Positions 25,129 through 36,037 of a stretch of 64,000 bases of DNA are shown one piece after another. Source of the DNA: an uncultured Prevotella sp. (lineage in GTDB: Bacteria > Bacteroidota > Bacteroidia > Bacteroidales > Bacteroidaceae). The DNA lies in NCBI GenBank assembly GCA_900315035.1, contig OMXO01000004.1:6129-70128 (forward strand), given 5' to 3'. The notes under the pieces were generated by a model. That model was given only the letters and a program-made list of their open reading frames with translations, ran no database searches and was not told the DNA's origin. How positions within the stretch are numbered: the first letter of the stretch is position 1; the number at the start of each line of letters is the position of its first letter. The position numbers were made by a program, and so were the translations under genes.

Positions 25129-26703
25129 ATGAGAAATAGGCTTGCAATCGTATTGACTCTGGGTGCCTTGATGATGGCGCATAGCGTGCTGGGACAGCCG
25201 CTGCTGAGAACCCATGTGGAAACAGGTGAATTGGAGGGAATACCCGACGGAGAACTTGTCGTGTTTAAGGCCATACCCTATGCTGCACCGCCAGTGGGCG
25301 AGTTGCGTTGGCGCGAGCCGCAGCCGGCCAAGCCCTGGACTGGTGTACTGAAGGCAGAGAATTTCGGCCCCTGGCCACCACAGCCTACACGCCCGGGCCG
25401 TACGGCCGACATGATGAGTGAAGACTGCCTGTATCTGGGGATAGCAACGCCTGCGAAGAGCGTCAGCGACCGACTGCCTGTGATGGTGTGGATCCATGGT
25501 GGAGGGTTTCAGACAGAGCACTATGGCGGCGACCTTTGGCGACTGTTGGCGCAACGTGGCGTGGTGATTGTCAGCGTGGAGTATCGCACAGGCGCGCTTG
25601 GGTTTATGGCGCATCCGGAATTGGCCAAGGAGAATAAAGACGGTCATTCGGGTAACTACGGTCTGCTCGACCAGATATATGCCCTGCAATGGGTGCAGAG
25701 AAATATCGGTCAATTCGGTGGTGATGCGAACAACGTGACGATCTTTGGAGAGTCGGCTGGTGCCATCAGTTGCAGTATGCTCTGTGCCTCACCGTTGGCC
25801 AAAGGACTCTTCCACCGCTGTATCAGTCAGAGTGGCGGTTCGTTTGCCCCCTGGCACGACGCACCTCGTGCACTGGGCATGGACGCCTCGCAAAAGGGCG
25901 CAGAGCAGCAGGGACTGGCCTTTCAGAAGCATCTGAAGAAAAAGAACCTGAAACAGTTGCGCCAGATGGACGCCATGGCGCTTTGTGGCAGCGATGTGGG
26001 CTTTGGCGGATTCTGGCCATGCGTGGATGGTTACGTGATTACCGACGACCAGTATCGGCTGTATGAGCGTGGCGAGTATAACGATGTGCCTGTGATCGTG
26101 ATGACCAACAGCGACGAGGGAGCACTTTTCAGTCCGGCAAACATCAAGGCTGAAGACTATCGGAAGACTGCTCAGGCCATCTTCGGCGATTGGGCTGACG
26201 AGGCTCTGAAGGTCTATCCCGGCAACACCGACGAGGAGGCCTGGCACGGCTTTGGCGACGCTTTTCGCGATCTGGGCTTTGCATGGCCTTCGTATGTCTG
26301 GGTGAATCTGCAGGCGAAGACGGGTAAGAGCGGTGCCTATGCAGCCTATCTGGCTCAGCCCTCGACACGCAGTTTCTCGCAGAACCCGCTTCGTCGGGGT
26401 GTGGCTCATGCCGACGATATCCTCTATCTGAACGGTGAGTTCCTGACACAGCCCGACAAGTATCCTGCCGAGTCGGCCGTAGCAGAGATCATCCAGCAAT
26501 ACTGGATAAATTTCGCCAAGACGGGTAATCCTAACGGCAAAGGACTTCCTTACTGGCCTACGTTCGATGATACGAAGCCCACGACGATGCAGTTCTCAAA
26601 CGGTGCATCGCTCATCATGAGACCGAATCGTGAACAGGTGGACTTTATCGACCGATTCATCAAGGCCAAGCGCGATGAAGCAGAAAAGAAGAGGGCTCGC
26701 TGA
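25129..26703 (+). CDS. Type-B carboxylesterase/lipase family protein, secreted
   Basis: The ATG at 25129 gives the signal peptide MRNRLAIVLTLGALMMAHSVLGQP. Oxyanion-hole motif WIHGGGF and nucleophile elbow GESAGA. Confidence 0.85.
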   Translation: MRNRLAIVLTLGALMMAHSVLGQPLLRTHVETGELEGIPDGELVVFKAIPYAAPPVGELRWREPQPAKPWTGVLKAENFGPWPPQPTRPGRTADMMSEDCLYLGIATPAKSVSDRLPVMVWIHGGGFQTEHYGGDLWRLLAQRGVVIVSVEYRTGALGFMAHPELAKENKDGHSGNYGLLDQIYALQWVQRNIGQFGGDANNVTIFGESAGAISCSMLCASPLAKGLFHRCISQSGGSFAPWHDAPRALGMDASQKGAEQQGLAFQKHLKKKNLKQLRQMDAMALCGSDVGFGGFWPCVDGYVITDDQYRLYERGEYNDVPVIVMTNSDEGALFSPANIKAEDYRKTAQAIFGDWADEALKVYPGNTDEEAWHGFGDAFRDLGFAWPSYVWVNLQAKTGKSGAYAAYLAQPSTRSFSQNPLRRGVAHADDILYLNGEFLTQPDKYPAESAVAEIIQQYWINFAKTGNPNGKGLPYWPTFDDTKPTTMQFSNGASLIMRPNREQVDFIDRFIKAKRDEAEKKRAR

Positions 26704-26718
26704 AAAAGCGAGCCCTCT
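26690..26718. terminator. Hairpin between convergent esterase and aldehyde dehydrogenase genes
   Basis: Perfect 11-bp stem AGAGGGCTCGC / GCGAGCCCTCT with a 7-nt loop containing the esterase stop codon. Confidence 0.55.
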
Positions 26719-26726
26719 GGCTGTTA

Positions 26727-28169
26727 TTACATATCCTCGTAAGTGTCGAGGTAAGTGACGTGGGTGACAAGGTATTCCTCGACACCATGCTTACCGTCGG
26801 CACCACCGATACCGCTCTTCTTCACACCAGCATGGAAGCCTTGTATAGCCTCGAAGTGCTCACGGTTGATATAGGTCTCACCGAACTCGAGTTCACGGCA
26901 TGCCTTCGTGGCGATGTTCAGATCTTTGGTGAAGATGGATGATGCCAGGCCGTATTCGCAGTCGTTAGCCCAGGCGATGACCTGATCGATGGTGTCGAAC
27001 TCAACGAGCGGGATCACAGGACCGAAGGTCTCTTCGTGGATGATGTCCATCTGCTGCGTACAGTTGTCGAGCACGGTGGCAGCATAGAAGTAACCCTTGT
27101 CGCCTACACGATGGCCACCGCAGAGCAGTTTGGCTCCCTGCTTGATGGCGCGCTCCACCTTCTCGGTGACGCTATCGAGGGCGCGGGCCTCGACCAGCGG
27201 ACCCATATCGACGCTGTCGTCCTTGCAGGGATCGCCCACCTTGACGGCCGCCATCTTCTTGACGAGGATCTCGGTGAAAGCAGCCTTTACCTCCTTCTGG
27301 ACATAGACGCGCTCTGCATTGTTGCATATCTGGCCATTGTTGCCGATACGGCTATCGACAATCCACTGGGCAGCGCGCTCGAGATCGGCATCCTTGCAGA
27401 CGATGGCAGGCGCCTTACCGCCCAGTTCGAGGCTGACCTTCGTGATATTCTTAGAGGCAGCGGCCATGATACTCTCACCGGCACTCACACTACCTGTGAC
27501 AGAGACGATGTCGATCTTCGGAGAACCAGCCATCTCATTGCCAATGACGGAGCCCTTACCTGTGACGATGTTGATGACGCCTGCAGGCAGACCTGTCTCG
27601 GCGACGACCTTGGCAAACTCGGTACAGTTCTCGGGGGTAAGTTGTGAGGGCTTGATGACGATGGTACAGCCTGCGATGAGGGCAGCACCAGCCTTACGGG
27701 CGATGAGGAAGAAGGGGAAGTTCCAGGGGAGAATGCCTGCTACGACGCCGATGGGCTTCTTTGTGAGCAGGATGGTCTCGTTAGGACGGTCGCTGGGGAT
27801 AATCTCTCCCTCGATATGACGGGCGAAGGTGGCCATATACTCGAAATAGGCGATGGTGGCGCCTACCTCGATCGAAGCCCAGTTGCGGGTCTTACCCTGC
27901 TCGCGCATGATAATCTCGGTAAACTCTTTCTCGCGTTTGCGGATGCCTTCTGCCATCTTCAGCAGATAGCCGGCACGCTCGATGGCGGGCGTCTTGGCCC
28001 ACGCCTTCTGGGCAGCGCGCGCTGCGTCGAGGGCACGGTTAACATCGTCGATGGTGCCTTCGGGCTGACGGGAAATGACTTCTTCGGTAGAGGGGTTTAA
28101 CACTTCAATCCACTGGCCGTTTGAGCTCTCGCAGAACTGGCCGTTAATGTACATCTGTAAATCTTTCAT
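26727..28169 (-). CDS. NAD(P)-dependent aldehyde dehydrogenase
   Basis: The ATG at 28169 gives MKDLQMYINGQF. Motifs ELGGKAP, GQICNNAERV (catalytic Cys) and EETFGPV. Confidence 0.85.
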   Translation of the reverse strand: MKDLQMYINGQFCESSNGQWIEVLNPSTEEVISRQPEGTIDDVNRALDAARAAQKAWAKTPAIERAGYLLKMAEGIRKREKEFTEIIMREQGKTRNWASIEVGATIAYFEYMATFARHIEGEIIPSDRPNETILLTKKPIGVVAGILPWNFPFFLIARKAGAALIAGCTIVIKPSQLTPENCTEFAKVVAETGLPAGVINIVTGKGSVIGNEMAGSPKIDIVSVTGSVSAGESIMAAASKNITKVSLELGGKAPAIVCKDADLERAAQWIVDSRIGNNGQICNNAERVYVQKEVKAAFTEILVKKMAAVKVGDPCKDDSVDMGPLVEARALDSVTEKVERAIKQGAKLLCGGHRVGDKGYFYAATVLDNCTQQMDIIHEETFGPVIPLVEFDTIDQVIAWANDCEYGLASSIFTKDLNIATKACRELEFGETYINREHFEAIQGFHAGVKKSGIGGADGKHGVEEYLVTHVTYLDTYEDM

Positions 28170-28211
28170 AAAAAATGGTTTGTTTAGAGTAGATAAGTTC
28201 GTTTTCGGCAA

Positions 28212-28219
28212 CAAATTTA
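28212..28219 (-). promoter_or_regulatory. -7 box TAnnTTTG
   Basis: Minus-strand TAaaTTTG, 42 nt upstream of the aldehyde dehydrogenase ATG at 28169. Confidence 0.4.
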
Positions 28220-28292
28220 GGCAAATTCTAACAAGAAAGTCGCGAAATCGTGATAAAAAATATTAAATAAGGATTTTTTCGCAATTTTTCAG

Positions 28293-28300
28293 TAACTTTG
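28293..28300 (+). promoter_or_regulatory. -7 box TAnnTTTG
   Basis: TAacTTTG, 55 nt upstream of the pepO ATG. Confidence 0.4.
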
Positions 28301-28355
28301 CACGTCTAAACATAGAATAAAAAACGTATCCCAAATATTAACTAATTTAAAGAAG

Positions 28356-30389
28356 ATGAAGACAACACTTGTTTTAGCGATGAGTCTGCTGATGGCCGGA
28401 ACGGCTACAGCCCAGACTCTGAAGACAGGTATCGACCCTGCCAATCTCGACACATCGGTCAGTCCGGGTGAGAATTTCTTCCTGTATGCAGCTGGCGGTT
28501 GGATGAAGAACCATCCGCTCGACGACGAGCACTCCTCCAATGGTGCATTCGTCGATCTCTCGGAACAGAACACCAAGCGTATTCAGGACCTGATCCTGCA
28601 GTTTGCAAACACGCCACAGGAGAAAGGTTCGCTGGGGCAGAAGATCGGCTCACTCTATAACCTCCGTATGGACAGCGTCAGGCTGAACCGCGAAGGCTGG
28701 GCACCGTTGAAGCCGACACTGGAGCGCATCGCTGCCATCAAGGACCGTAAGGAGTATCAGCTGGTAACGGCTCAGATCGACCGTAGGGGTGAGGAAACGA
28801 TGATGTATGGTATCGGCGTGGGTGCAGATATGCGTAACGCATCGATGAACATCGTATCAGTAGGGCAGGGCGGACTCGGACTGGGTACGCGCGACTACTA
28901 CCTGAACGACGACGAGCAGACCAAGCGCGTGCGCGAGGCGTATAAGACGTATATGAAGAACCTGTTCCAGATGGTGGGCAACGACTCGGTGAAGGCCCGT
29001 CAGAAGATGGAGGCCGTGATGGCTATCGAGACGCGTATCGCCAAAGCCAGCTACGGTCGTGTGGAACTGCGTGATATCGACAAGAACTATCATAAGATGT
29101 CGTATAACCAGCTGGTGACCGATTTCCCAGGCATCGACTGGGGTAACGTGTTCCTGGCTTCAGGCTTCCCCGCCTTCGACTGTGTGGATGTAGGTCAGCC
29201 AGAGCCTATCCACGAGGTGGAGAAGATCCTGGCAGAGGCTTCGCTCGATGACCTGAAGTCGTATGCCGAGATCAAGGTGATCAGCGGTGCAGCCAGTCAG
29301 CTGAGCGACGATTTCCGTGCTGAGGACTTCAAACTGAGCAGCACCATCAGTGGTCAGACACAGGACCGTCCCCGCTGGAAGCGTGCCGTAGGTACCGTGA
29401 GCGGTGTGCTGGGTGAGGCCATCGGCAAGCTTTATGTGGAGAAATACTTCCCCGAGTCGAGCAAGAAGCGTATGCTCGACCTCGTGCACAATCTGCAGAC
29501 GGCACTGGCTCAGCGTATCGACGAGGCTACCTGGATGAGTGCAGAGACCAAGCTGAAGGCCAAGGACAAACTCGACAACTTTATCGTCAAGATCGGCTAT
29601 CCCGACAAGTGGCGCGACTATAGCGGCCTTCAGGTGGACGACAGCCTTTCACTTTACGAGAACATGGCGAATATCTCAGAGTTCTTCCTGCTCGACATGC
29701 TGAATCGCAAGGTGAACAAGCCTGTGGATAAGACCGAGTGGCACATGACACCGCAGACCATCAATGCTTACTATAACCCCACGACAAACGAGATCTGCTT
29801 CCCTGCAGCCATCCTGCAGCCGCCGTTCTTCGATCCTGAGGCCGACGATGCTGTGAACTACGGTGGTATCGGTGGTGTGATCGGTCATGAGATGAGTCAC
29901 GGATTCGACGATCAGGGTGCGCAGTTTGACAAGACCGGTAACCAGCACAACTGGTGGACTCCTGCCGACAAGCAGAACTTCGACAAGCGCACAAAGGTGC
30001 TGGCCGACTACTTCAGTACCATAGATGCTATCCCCGGATCGCCCGACAAGAAGATCAACGGTCAGCAGACACTGGGTGAGAACATCGGCGACAATGGCGG
30101 TCTGAACATCGCTTTCCGCGCCTTCCAGAATGCCATGAAGCAGAACCCGCTGCAGAAGGCAGACGGCTTTACTCCAGAGCAGCGCTTCTTCCTGAGTTGG
30201 GCTCGTGTATGGGCAGGCAACGCTCGTCCTGAGTATCTGGCATACCTCGTGACGGTGGATGTCCACTCTCCGAATCATGCCCGCGTGAATGCAGCTCTGC
30301 CGCATATCAACGCCTGGTACGACGCCTTCGGCATCAAGAAGGGCGACAAGCTCTTCATCCCGAAGAAACAGCGAGCACAGATCTGGTAA
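28356..30389 (+). CDS. pepO: M13-family zinc metallopeptidase (PepO / endothelin-converting-enzyme-like)
   Basis: 677 aa with a signal peptide. HExxH motif GHEMSHGFD plus the downstream GENIGDNGG motif. Confidence 0.9.
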   Translation: MKTTLVLAMSLLMAGTATAQTLKTGIDPANLDTSVSPGENFFLYAAGGWMKNHPLDDEHSSNGAFVDLSEQNTKRIQDLILQFANTPQEKGSLGQKIGSLYNLRMDSVRLNREGWAPLKPTLERIAAIKDRKEYQLVTAQIDRRGEETMMYGIGVGADMRNASMNIVSVGQGGLGLGTRDYYLNDDEQTKRVREAYKTYMKNLFQMVGNDSVKARQKMEAVMAIETRIAKASYGRVELRDIDKNYHKMSYNQLVTDFPGIDWGNVFLASGFPAFDCVDVGQPEPIHEVEKILAEASLDDLKSYAEIKVISGAASQLSDDFRAEDFKLSSTISGQTQDRPRWKRAVGTVSGVLGEAIGKLYVEKYFPESSKKRMLDLVHNLQTALAQRIDEATWMSAETKLKAKDKLDNFIVKIGYPDKWRDYSGLQVDDSLSLYENMANISEFFLLDMLNRKVNKPVDKTEWHMTPQTINAYYNPTTNEICFPAAILQPPFFDPEADDAVNYGGIGGVIGHEMSHGFDDQGAQFDKTGNQHNWWTPADKQNFDKRTKVLADYFSTIDAIPGSPDKKINGQQTLGENIGDNGGLNIAFRAFQNAMKQNPLQKADGFTPEQRFFLSWARVWAGNARPEYLAYLVTVDVHSPNHARVNAALPHINAWYDAFGIKKGDKLFIPKKQRAQIW

Positions 30390-30402
30390 AAGGAAACGAA
30401 TA

Positions 30403-30428
30403 AAGGGGTTGCCAATCGGCAACCCCTT
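30403..30428. terminator. Hairpin between convergent pepO and lipoprotein genes
   Basis: Perfect 11-bp stem AAGGGGTTGCC / GGCAACCCCTT with loop AATC. Confidence 0.6.
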
Positions 30429-30450
30429 ATCTTTGTTCGTCTGACTGAGA

Positions 30451-31059
30451 TTAGATACCCAGACCTTCTTTCGTCTTACTGGCAGCAGCATCGATAGCGT
30501 CGCCCGCCTTGTCCTTGGCCTTCTCCTTCAGTTCGTTAGCCTTATCCTTAGCCTTGTCTTTCAGATCGTTGGCCTTGTCTTTCAGCGATTTCTTGGCCTC
30601 CTCGGTGGCCTCCTCAGTCTTCTCCTGAGTAGCGTCGGCTGCATTGCTGATGCCCTCGCCGAGTGACGACAGACTGCTGACAATCGTCTCGGCAGGTGTC
30701 TCTGTCAGTGCAGTGATAGCGGAGTTGACAGTCTCGTTGTCGCCAACGAATGCCTTGATCTTGTCGATGTTGTCTTTCAGGAACGACTGTACCTTGACGA
30801 CATACTCCTTGGCGGCCTCAGGGTCGCTGGTGATAAACGAAGCAATCTTTTCCTTGACGGTAGCGAGCACTTCCTGCAACTTGTTGGCATCCTTGGCCTC
30901 GATTTGCTCTGTGAGTGCATCGATGGTGGCGGCAGCCTCTTGTTCTGCGTTAATGTTTGCTTCCTGCTCAATAGCATCGGTGTTAGCCTTCTGCTTGTTT
31001 CCACATGATGTGAATCCGATGGCGATCATGGCCATCACTGCAAATAAAATCTTTTTCAT
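30451..31059 (-). CDS. Helical lipoprotein with a Lys/Asp/Ala-rich repeat tail
   Basis: 202 aa. Lipobox IGFTSCGN. C-terminal KDKANDLKDKAKDKANELKEKAKDKAGD repeats. Confidence 0.6.
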   Translation of the reverse strand: MKKILFAVMAMIAIGFTSCGNKQKANTDAIEQEANINAEQEAAATIDALTEQIEAKDANKLQEVLATVKEKIASFITSDPEAAKEYVVKVQSFLKDNIDKIKAFVGDNETVNSAITALTETPAETIVSSLSSLGEGISNAADATQEKTEEATEEAKKSLKDKANDLKDKAKDKANELKEKAKDKAGDAIDAAASKTKEGLGI

Positions 31060-31105
31060 AATGAATATTGTTGTTAAAGTTTGAAATTCTCTTGATTTTT
31101 GGCAA

Positions 31106-31113
31106 CAAAAGTA
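31106..31113 (-). promoter_or_regulatory. -7 box TAnnTTTG
   Basis: Minus-strand TActTTTG, 46 nt upstream of the ATG at 31059. Confidence 0.4.
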
Positions 31114-31166
31114 AGGTATTTTTGAATAAGTTAGTTAAATTGTGGCTAGTTTTAAACTTTTTTTAG

Positions 31167-31174
31167 TAATTTTG
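31167..31174 (+). promoter_or_regulatory. -7 box TAnnTTTG
   Basis: TAatTTTG, 33 nt upstream of the SulP ATG. Confidence 0.45.
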
Positions 31175-31207
31175 CACGCGATTTCAAGATAACATAAGGA
31201 TTTTTTT

Positions 31208-32908
31208 ATGACACCATCATTATCATTCAAGCCGAAGCTCCTCTCTACCATGAGGAACTACGACCGTCGGCAGTTTACCACCGATCTTCTGGCTGGTATC
31301 ATTGTCGGTATTGTGGCCCTCCCTTTGGCCATTGCTTTCGGTATCGCGTCGGGTGTGACGCCTGAAAAGGGTATTATCACTGCCATTGTGGCTGGTCTGA
31401 TTGTCTCAGTCTTCGGAGGTTCGAAGGTGCAGATAGGCGGTCCTACGGGCGCATTCATTATTATAATATACGGCATTATCCAACAGTATGGTTTCGAAGG
31501 TCTGACCATCGCCACGCTGATGGCTGGTGTGTTCCTGATTATGTTTGGTGTGCTCCATCTGGGCACGATCATCAAGTATATCCCTTATCCTATCGTAGTA
31601 GGTTTTACAAGCGGTATCGCTCTTACAATCTTTACTACGCAGATTAAAGATCTCTTCGGACTGACGATGGCCAGTGTGCCTTCCGACTTCATCGAGAAAT
31701 GGATCGCTTATTTCAAGTCGATGCCTACTATCGATGCCTGGAGTGCTGCCGTAGGTGTCGGGTCGGTGGCAGTCATCGCCCTTTGGCCGAAGGTAGCTCG
31801 TTTCAACCATGTGCTGAAAAAACTGCCAGGCAGTCTGATTGCCATCATCGTGATGACGATAGCCGGACTGTTGCTGAAACAATATATGGGTGTGACGACG
31901 ATAGAGACCATCGGTGACCGCTTCTCTATTTCCAATCAGTTGCCGGGTGCCCAGGTGCCTGAACTGTCGTGGGAGGTGATCAAAGGGCTCGTCTCGCCTG
32001 CTATCACCATCGCCATTCTCGGTGCCATCGAGTCATTGCTCTCTGCAACGGTAGCCGACGGTGTGATTGGCGACCATCACGACTCAAACACAGAGCTGAT
32101 AGCGCAGGGTATGGCCAATCTGGCATCGCCCATCTTTGGCGGTATTCCCGCTACAGGCGCTATTGCCCGTACGATGACGAATATCAACAATGGTGGACGC
32201 ACCCCTGTGGCTGGTATCGTGCATGCCGCAGTGTTGCTGCTCATCTTCTTGTTCCTCATGCCGTTGGCACAGTATATTCCGATGGCCTGTCTGGCTGGTG
32301 TGCTCGTGATTGTCAGCTATAACATGAGTGGCTGGCGCTCATTCATGAGCATCCTGAAGAACCCCAAGAGCGATGTGATCGTATTGTGGGTCACCTTCCT
32401 GCTGACTGTGATCTTCGACCTGACCATCGCTATCGAGGTGGGGCTGATCTGTGCCTGTCTGCTCTTTATGCGCCGTATGGCAGAGACCACCGATGTCAAG
32501 GTTATCAGCGAAGAGATTAATCCTGAGGAAGAAGACAGTGACTTCCAGATGGGTAACCTGGAGCACCTGACGATTCCCGAAGGTGTGGAGGTGTATGAGA
32601 TCAACGGTCCTTACTTCTTTGGAGCCGGTAACCGTTTTGAGGAGATTATGGGAGCCCTGCATCATCAGCGCCCGAAGGTCAGGATTATCCGTATGCGTAA
32701 GGTGCCCTTCGTGGATTCAACAGGTATCCATAACCTGACGAACCTTTGTCTGATGAGTCAGCAGGAGGGCATCCAAGTGGTGCTCTCGGGCGTGAACCCT
32801 TCGGTGCAGACCGTGCTTCACAAGGCAGGCTTCGACAAGATGCTGGGTGTGGAGAATATCTGCTCACACATCAACATCGCCTTGGAGCGCGCCAAAGAAC
32901 TGCTATAG
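31208..32908 (+). CDS. SulP-family inorganic anion transporter with a C-terminal STAS domain
   Basis: 566 aa. Polytopic core (GDHHDSNTELIAQGMANL, GGIPATGAIARTM) plus a C-terminal STAS-like region (VRIIRMRKVPFVDSTGIHNL). Confidence 0.85.
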   Translation: MTPSLSFKPKLLSTMRNYDRRQFTTDLLAGIIVGIVALPLAIAFGIASGVTPEKGIITAIVAGLIVSVFGGSKVQIGGPTGAFIIIIYGIIQQYGFEGLTIATLMAGVFLIMFGVLHLGTIIKYIPYPIVVGFTSGIALTIFTTQIKDLFGLTMASVPSDFIEKWIAYFKSMPTIDAWSAAVGVGSVAVIALWPKVARFNHVLKKLPGSLIAIIVMTIAGLLLKQYMGVTTIETIGDRFSISNQLPGAQVPELSWEVIKGLVSPAITIAILGAIESLLSATVADGVIGDHHDSNTELIAQGMANLASPIFGGIPATGAIARTMTNINNGGRTPVAGIVHAAVLLLIFLFLMPLAQYIPMACLAGVLVIVSYNMSGWRSFMSILKNPKSDVIVLWVTFLLTVIFDLTIAIEVGLICACLLFMRRMAETTDVKVISEEINPEEEDSDFQMGNLEHLTIPEGVEVYEINGPYFFGAGNRFEEIMGALHHQRPKVRIIRMRKVPFVDSTGIHNLTNLCLMSQQEGIQVVLSGVNPSVQTVLHKAGFDKMLGVENICSHINIALERAKELL

Positions 32909-33634
32909 TTCGGGAATAATCTGATGATACCAGTGATCACTGAACTCCTGCATGCTGGGGAAAATGAGGTTAGCACCTGCTAACAACAGTTCCTCATCGG
33001 GCAGGGGTCCCGTGTTTACAGCCACCGTAAAGATGTGGGCAGCGTGGCCTGAACGTATGCCTAACGGGGCATTCTCGATAACAATGGCCTCGTAAGGCTT
33101 AAGGTTGCCAGCCTTCTGAAGCCCCATGAGATAGGGATCTGGCGCGGGCTTTCCATGCTTCACGTCGTAGGCCGTCGTGATGCGGCTCTTATCGACATAG
33201 TTTCCAAAGTCTTTCAGAATACGCTGAATCAGGGGGCGCTGACCGCTGCCTGTGACGATACCTATCTTTAGGCCGTCGGACTGGATCTTCGCCATGAGCG
33301 AGAGAATGCCGGGCATGATAGGCGCTTCGGGCAGGGAGTGGAACACCTCTGTCTTGACATCATACATACGCTGGGCTTCGGCCTCGTCGATGTCACGATT
33401 CTGCTGGCGACGCACCATCTCACGGATGGTATCGACACCTCGAGCACCCTCGGTGGCATAAGCATCGTCGGCAGTCATCTGCAGACCGCATCGCGCCATA
33501 CTCTCCTGCCAGGCAATCGCATGATTAGGCATAGAGTCGTAGAGCACACCGTCCATGTCGAAAAGTACGGCTTTGGGGCAAAATGCCTCAAAGCCGTGAT
33601 CTTCTAAGTATTTCTTGATAGCAATATTATACAT
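32903..33634 (-). CDS. HAD-superfamily hydrolase (beta-phosphoglucomutase-like subfamily)
   Basis: 243 aa with motif I FDMDGVLYDS. The start abuts the pgi stop (33634/33635). Confidence 0.75.
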   Translation of the reverse strand: MYNIAIKKYLEDHGFEAFCPKAVLFDMDGVLYDSMPNHAIAWQESMARCGLQMTADDAYATEGARGVDTIREMVRRQQNRDIDEAEAQRMYDVKTEVFHSLPEAPIMPGILSLMAKIQSDGLKIGIVTGSGQRPLIQRILKDFGNYVDKSRITTAYDVKHGKPAPDPYLMGLQKAGNLKPYEAIVIENAPLGIRSGHAAHIFTVAVNTGPLPDEELLLAGANLIFPSMQEFSDHWYHQIIPEL

Positions 33635-34990
33635 TTACGCTTCCTTTGCAAGACGATCCTTGATGGCCTTAGAGTCAGCCTCGTATCCAGGCTTGTCGAG
33701 CAGTGCAAACATATTCTTCTTGTAGGCCTCTACACCAGGCTGGTTGAAGGGGTTCACACCGAGCAGGTTGCCGCTGATGCCGCAGGCAATCTCGAAGAAA
33801 TAGATGAGCTGACCGAGATAACGCTCGTTCAGGCGAGGCATCGTGATACGGATGTTGGGTACACCACCATCGACGTGAGCCAGACGGGTTCCGAGCTCTG
33901 CCATCTTGTTGACCTCATCAACGCGCTTGCCTGCGAGGAAGTTCAGACCGTCAAGGTTCTCCTCATCGTTGGGGAAGAGCAGTTTCTTCTCGGGCTCCTC
34001 AACGCTGATTACCGTCTCGAAGATGGTGCGCTCACCGTCCTGAATCCACTGTCCCATAGAGTGCAGATCGGTGGTGAAATCCACTGATGCAGGGAAGATA
34101 CCCTTCTTGTCCTTACCCTCAGACTCGCCATAGAGCTGCTTCCACCACTCGCTCATGAAATGAAGCTTTGGCTGGAAGTTTACCATGATCTCAATCTTCT
34201 TGCCATTCTGATACAGACCGTTACGCAGGGCAGCGTACTGGGCAGCGGGGTTCTCTGCGAAAGGAACGTCTTTGCCGCAGGCCTTCTCCATCTCCTGAGC
34301 ACCGCCAACAAGTGCCTTGATGTCGAAACCGGCGCAGGCGATAGGCAGCAGACCTACTGGCGTGAGCACAGAGAAACGGCCGCCTACATTGTCAGGAATG
34401 ATGAATGAGGTGTAACCTTCCTTATCGGCACAGGTGCGGGCTGCACCACGCTTAGCATCGGTAACAGCTACGATCACCTTCTTGGCCTCTTCCTTGCCGC
34501 GCTGGGCTTCGCACTGCTTCTTCAGCAGACGGAAGGTGAGGGCGGTCTCTGTTGTGGTACCGCTCTTAGAGATATTGATGACACCGAACTTCTTTCCCTT
34601 CAGATACTCGGTGAGTTCGAAGAGATAGTCCTCGCCGATGTTATTGCCAGCAAAGAGGATGGTGGGATTCTTCTTATCCTGCACAAGCCATGCAAAGCTG
34701 TTGCTCAGGGCCTCGATCACGGCACGGGCGCCGAGATAAGAACCGCCGATACCTGCTACGACGATGGCTTCGCAGTTTTCGCGGAGCACGTTGGCACAAG
34801 CCTGCAACTCGTCGAGGAATGCAGGAGTGATGCTGCTGGGCAGATGGAGCCAGCCGAGGAAATCGTTACCGGGACAAGTACCGTCCTCAAGTGCCTGTTG
34901 TGCGGTTTTTACTTTTGATTCGAAGGCCTCTACTGCACCGGCTTCCAGGAAGCAGGCTGCCTTCGTGATGTCTAATTTGATGTTGCTCAT
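33635..34990 (-). CDS. pgi: Glucose-6-phosphate isomerase
   Basis: 451 aa. Motifs [11 protein letters not shown] and [11 protein letters not shown]. Confidence 0.9.
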   Translation of the reverse strand: MSNIKLDITKAACFLEAGAVEAFESKVKTAQQALEDGTCPGNDFLGWLHLPSSITPAFLDELQACANVLRENCEAIVVAGIGGSYLGARAVIEALSNSFAWLVQDKKNPTILFAGNNIGEDYLFELTEYLKGKKFGVINISKSGTTTETALTFRLLKKQCEAQRGKEEAKKVIVAVTDAKRGAARTCADKEGYTSFIIPDNVGGRFSVLTPVGLLPIACAGFDIKALVGGAQEMEKACGKDVPFAENPAAQYAALRNGLYQNGKKIEIMVNFQPKLHFMSEWWKQLYGESEGKDKKGIFPASVDFTTDLHSMGQWIQDGERTIFETVISVEEPEKKLLFPNDEENLDGLNFLAGKRVDEVNKMAELGTRLAHVDGGVPNIRITMPRLNERYLGQLIYFFEIACGISGNLLGVNPFNQPGVEAYKKNMFALLDKPGYEADSKAIKDRLAKEA

Positions 34991-35014
34991 AATTGTTGTT
35001 TTGTTATTTTGTTT

Positions 35015-36010
35015 TTATCTGAATGAATCTGTTAATAGTTTAATTTCAATCTGTGGTGAGATTCGCTCATACAGAATGTTATAAACAGCATCGAGGATGG
35101 GCATGTTTACATGACAGTGACGATTGATCTCCTTCATACACTTCGTGCCGAAATAGCCCTCAGCAATCATCTCCATCTCTATCTGTGCCGACTTGACGCT
35201 GTAGCCTTTGCCAATCATCGTTCCGAACGTGCGGTTACGCGAGAAATTCGAATATCCCGTCACGAGCAGGTCGCCCAGATAGACGGAGTCGTAGATATTG
35301 CGTTCCTGCGGATAGACAGCTGTAAGGAAACGGTTCATCTCCTGAACGGCATTTGCCATCAGCACAGCCTGGAAATTGTCGCCATATTTCAGTCCGCTGC
35401 AGATACCTGCTGCGATGGCATAGACATTCTTCAGTACCGAAGAATATTCGATGCCGACAACATCGGCAGACGTCTTGGTCTTGATGAAGTCGCTGGAGAG
35501 CACGTCGCAGAAGGCCTGTGCCTTGTCGCGATCAGCACAACCTACGGTGAGATAAGAGAGACGCTCAAGCGCCACCTCCTCTGCGTGTGAGGGACCGCCG
35601 ATACAGGCCAGATTCTCATAAGGTACGTCGTAAACCTGATGGAAATACTCCGAGCAGACAAGATTCTCGTCGGGCACGATACCTTTGATAGCCGTGAGGA
35701 TAAACTTATCGCGGATGCGCGTCTTAAGTTTCTTCAGATGGCTCTTCAGGTAAGGTGAGGGTGTTACGAAAACGAGCGTGTTGTATTGTTGGACAATACG
35801 ATTCAGATCGCTGTCGAAATAAATCTCGTCGGTATTGAAATGTACACTGGTAAGATAGGCTGGGTTGTGACCCAGGCGCTTGAAGTCGTCGATACGGTCG
35901 TCGCGCCGCATATACCAACCGATATGGTGGGTATGACTCACCACAATCTTGGCAATTGCCGTAGCCCAGCTACCACCGCCGATAATCGCTATCTTACCAC
36001 AGTCGTACAT
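35015..36010 (-). CDS. gpsA: NAD(P)H-dependent glycerol-3-phosphate dehydrogenase
   Basis: 331 aa. Rossmann loop IIGGGSWATAIA. Family-typical central and C-terminal regions. Confidence 0.85.
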   Translation of the reverse strand: MYDCGKIAIIGGGSWATAIAKIVVSHTHHIGWYMRRDDRIDDFKRLGHNPAYLTSVHFNTDEIYFDSDLNRIVQQYNTLVFVTPSPYLKSHLKKLKTRIRDKFILTAIKGIVPDENLVCSEYFHQVYDVPYENLACIGGPSHAEEVALERLSYLTVGCADRDKAQAFCDVLSSDFIKTKTSADVVGIEYSSVLKNVYAIAAGICSGLKYGDNFQAVLMANAVQEMNRFLTAVYPQERNIYDSVYLGDLLVTGYSNFSRNRTFGTMIGKGYSVKSAQIEMEMIAEGYFGTKCMKEINRHCHVNMPILDAVYNILYERISPQIEIKLLTDSFR

Positions 36011-36037
36011 GGTTCATTGAACATTGGACAATGACCG

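Noticed and set aside
24982-25713. 243-aa minus-strand ORF spanning the right arm of element A and the esterase 5' region.
   Set aside because: It overlaps the strongly supported carboxylesterase gene and runs through the promoter and palindrome. Its N-terminus has no start context, so it is judged spurious. The same applies to 25789-26499 (-).
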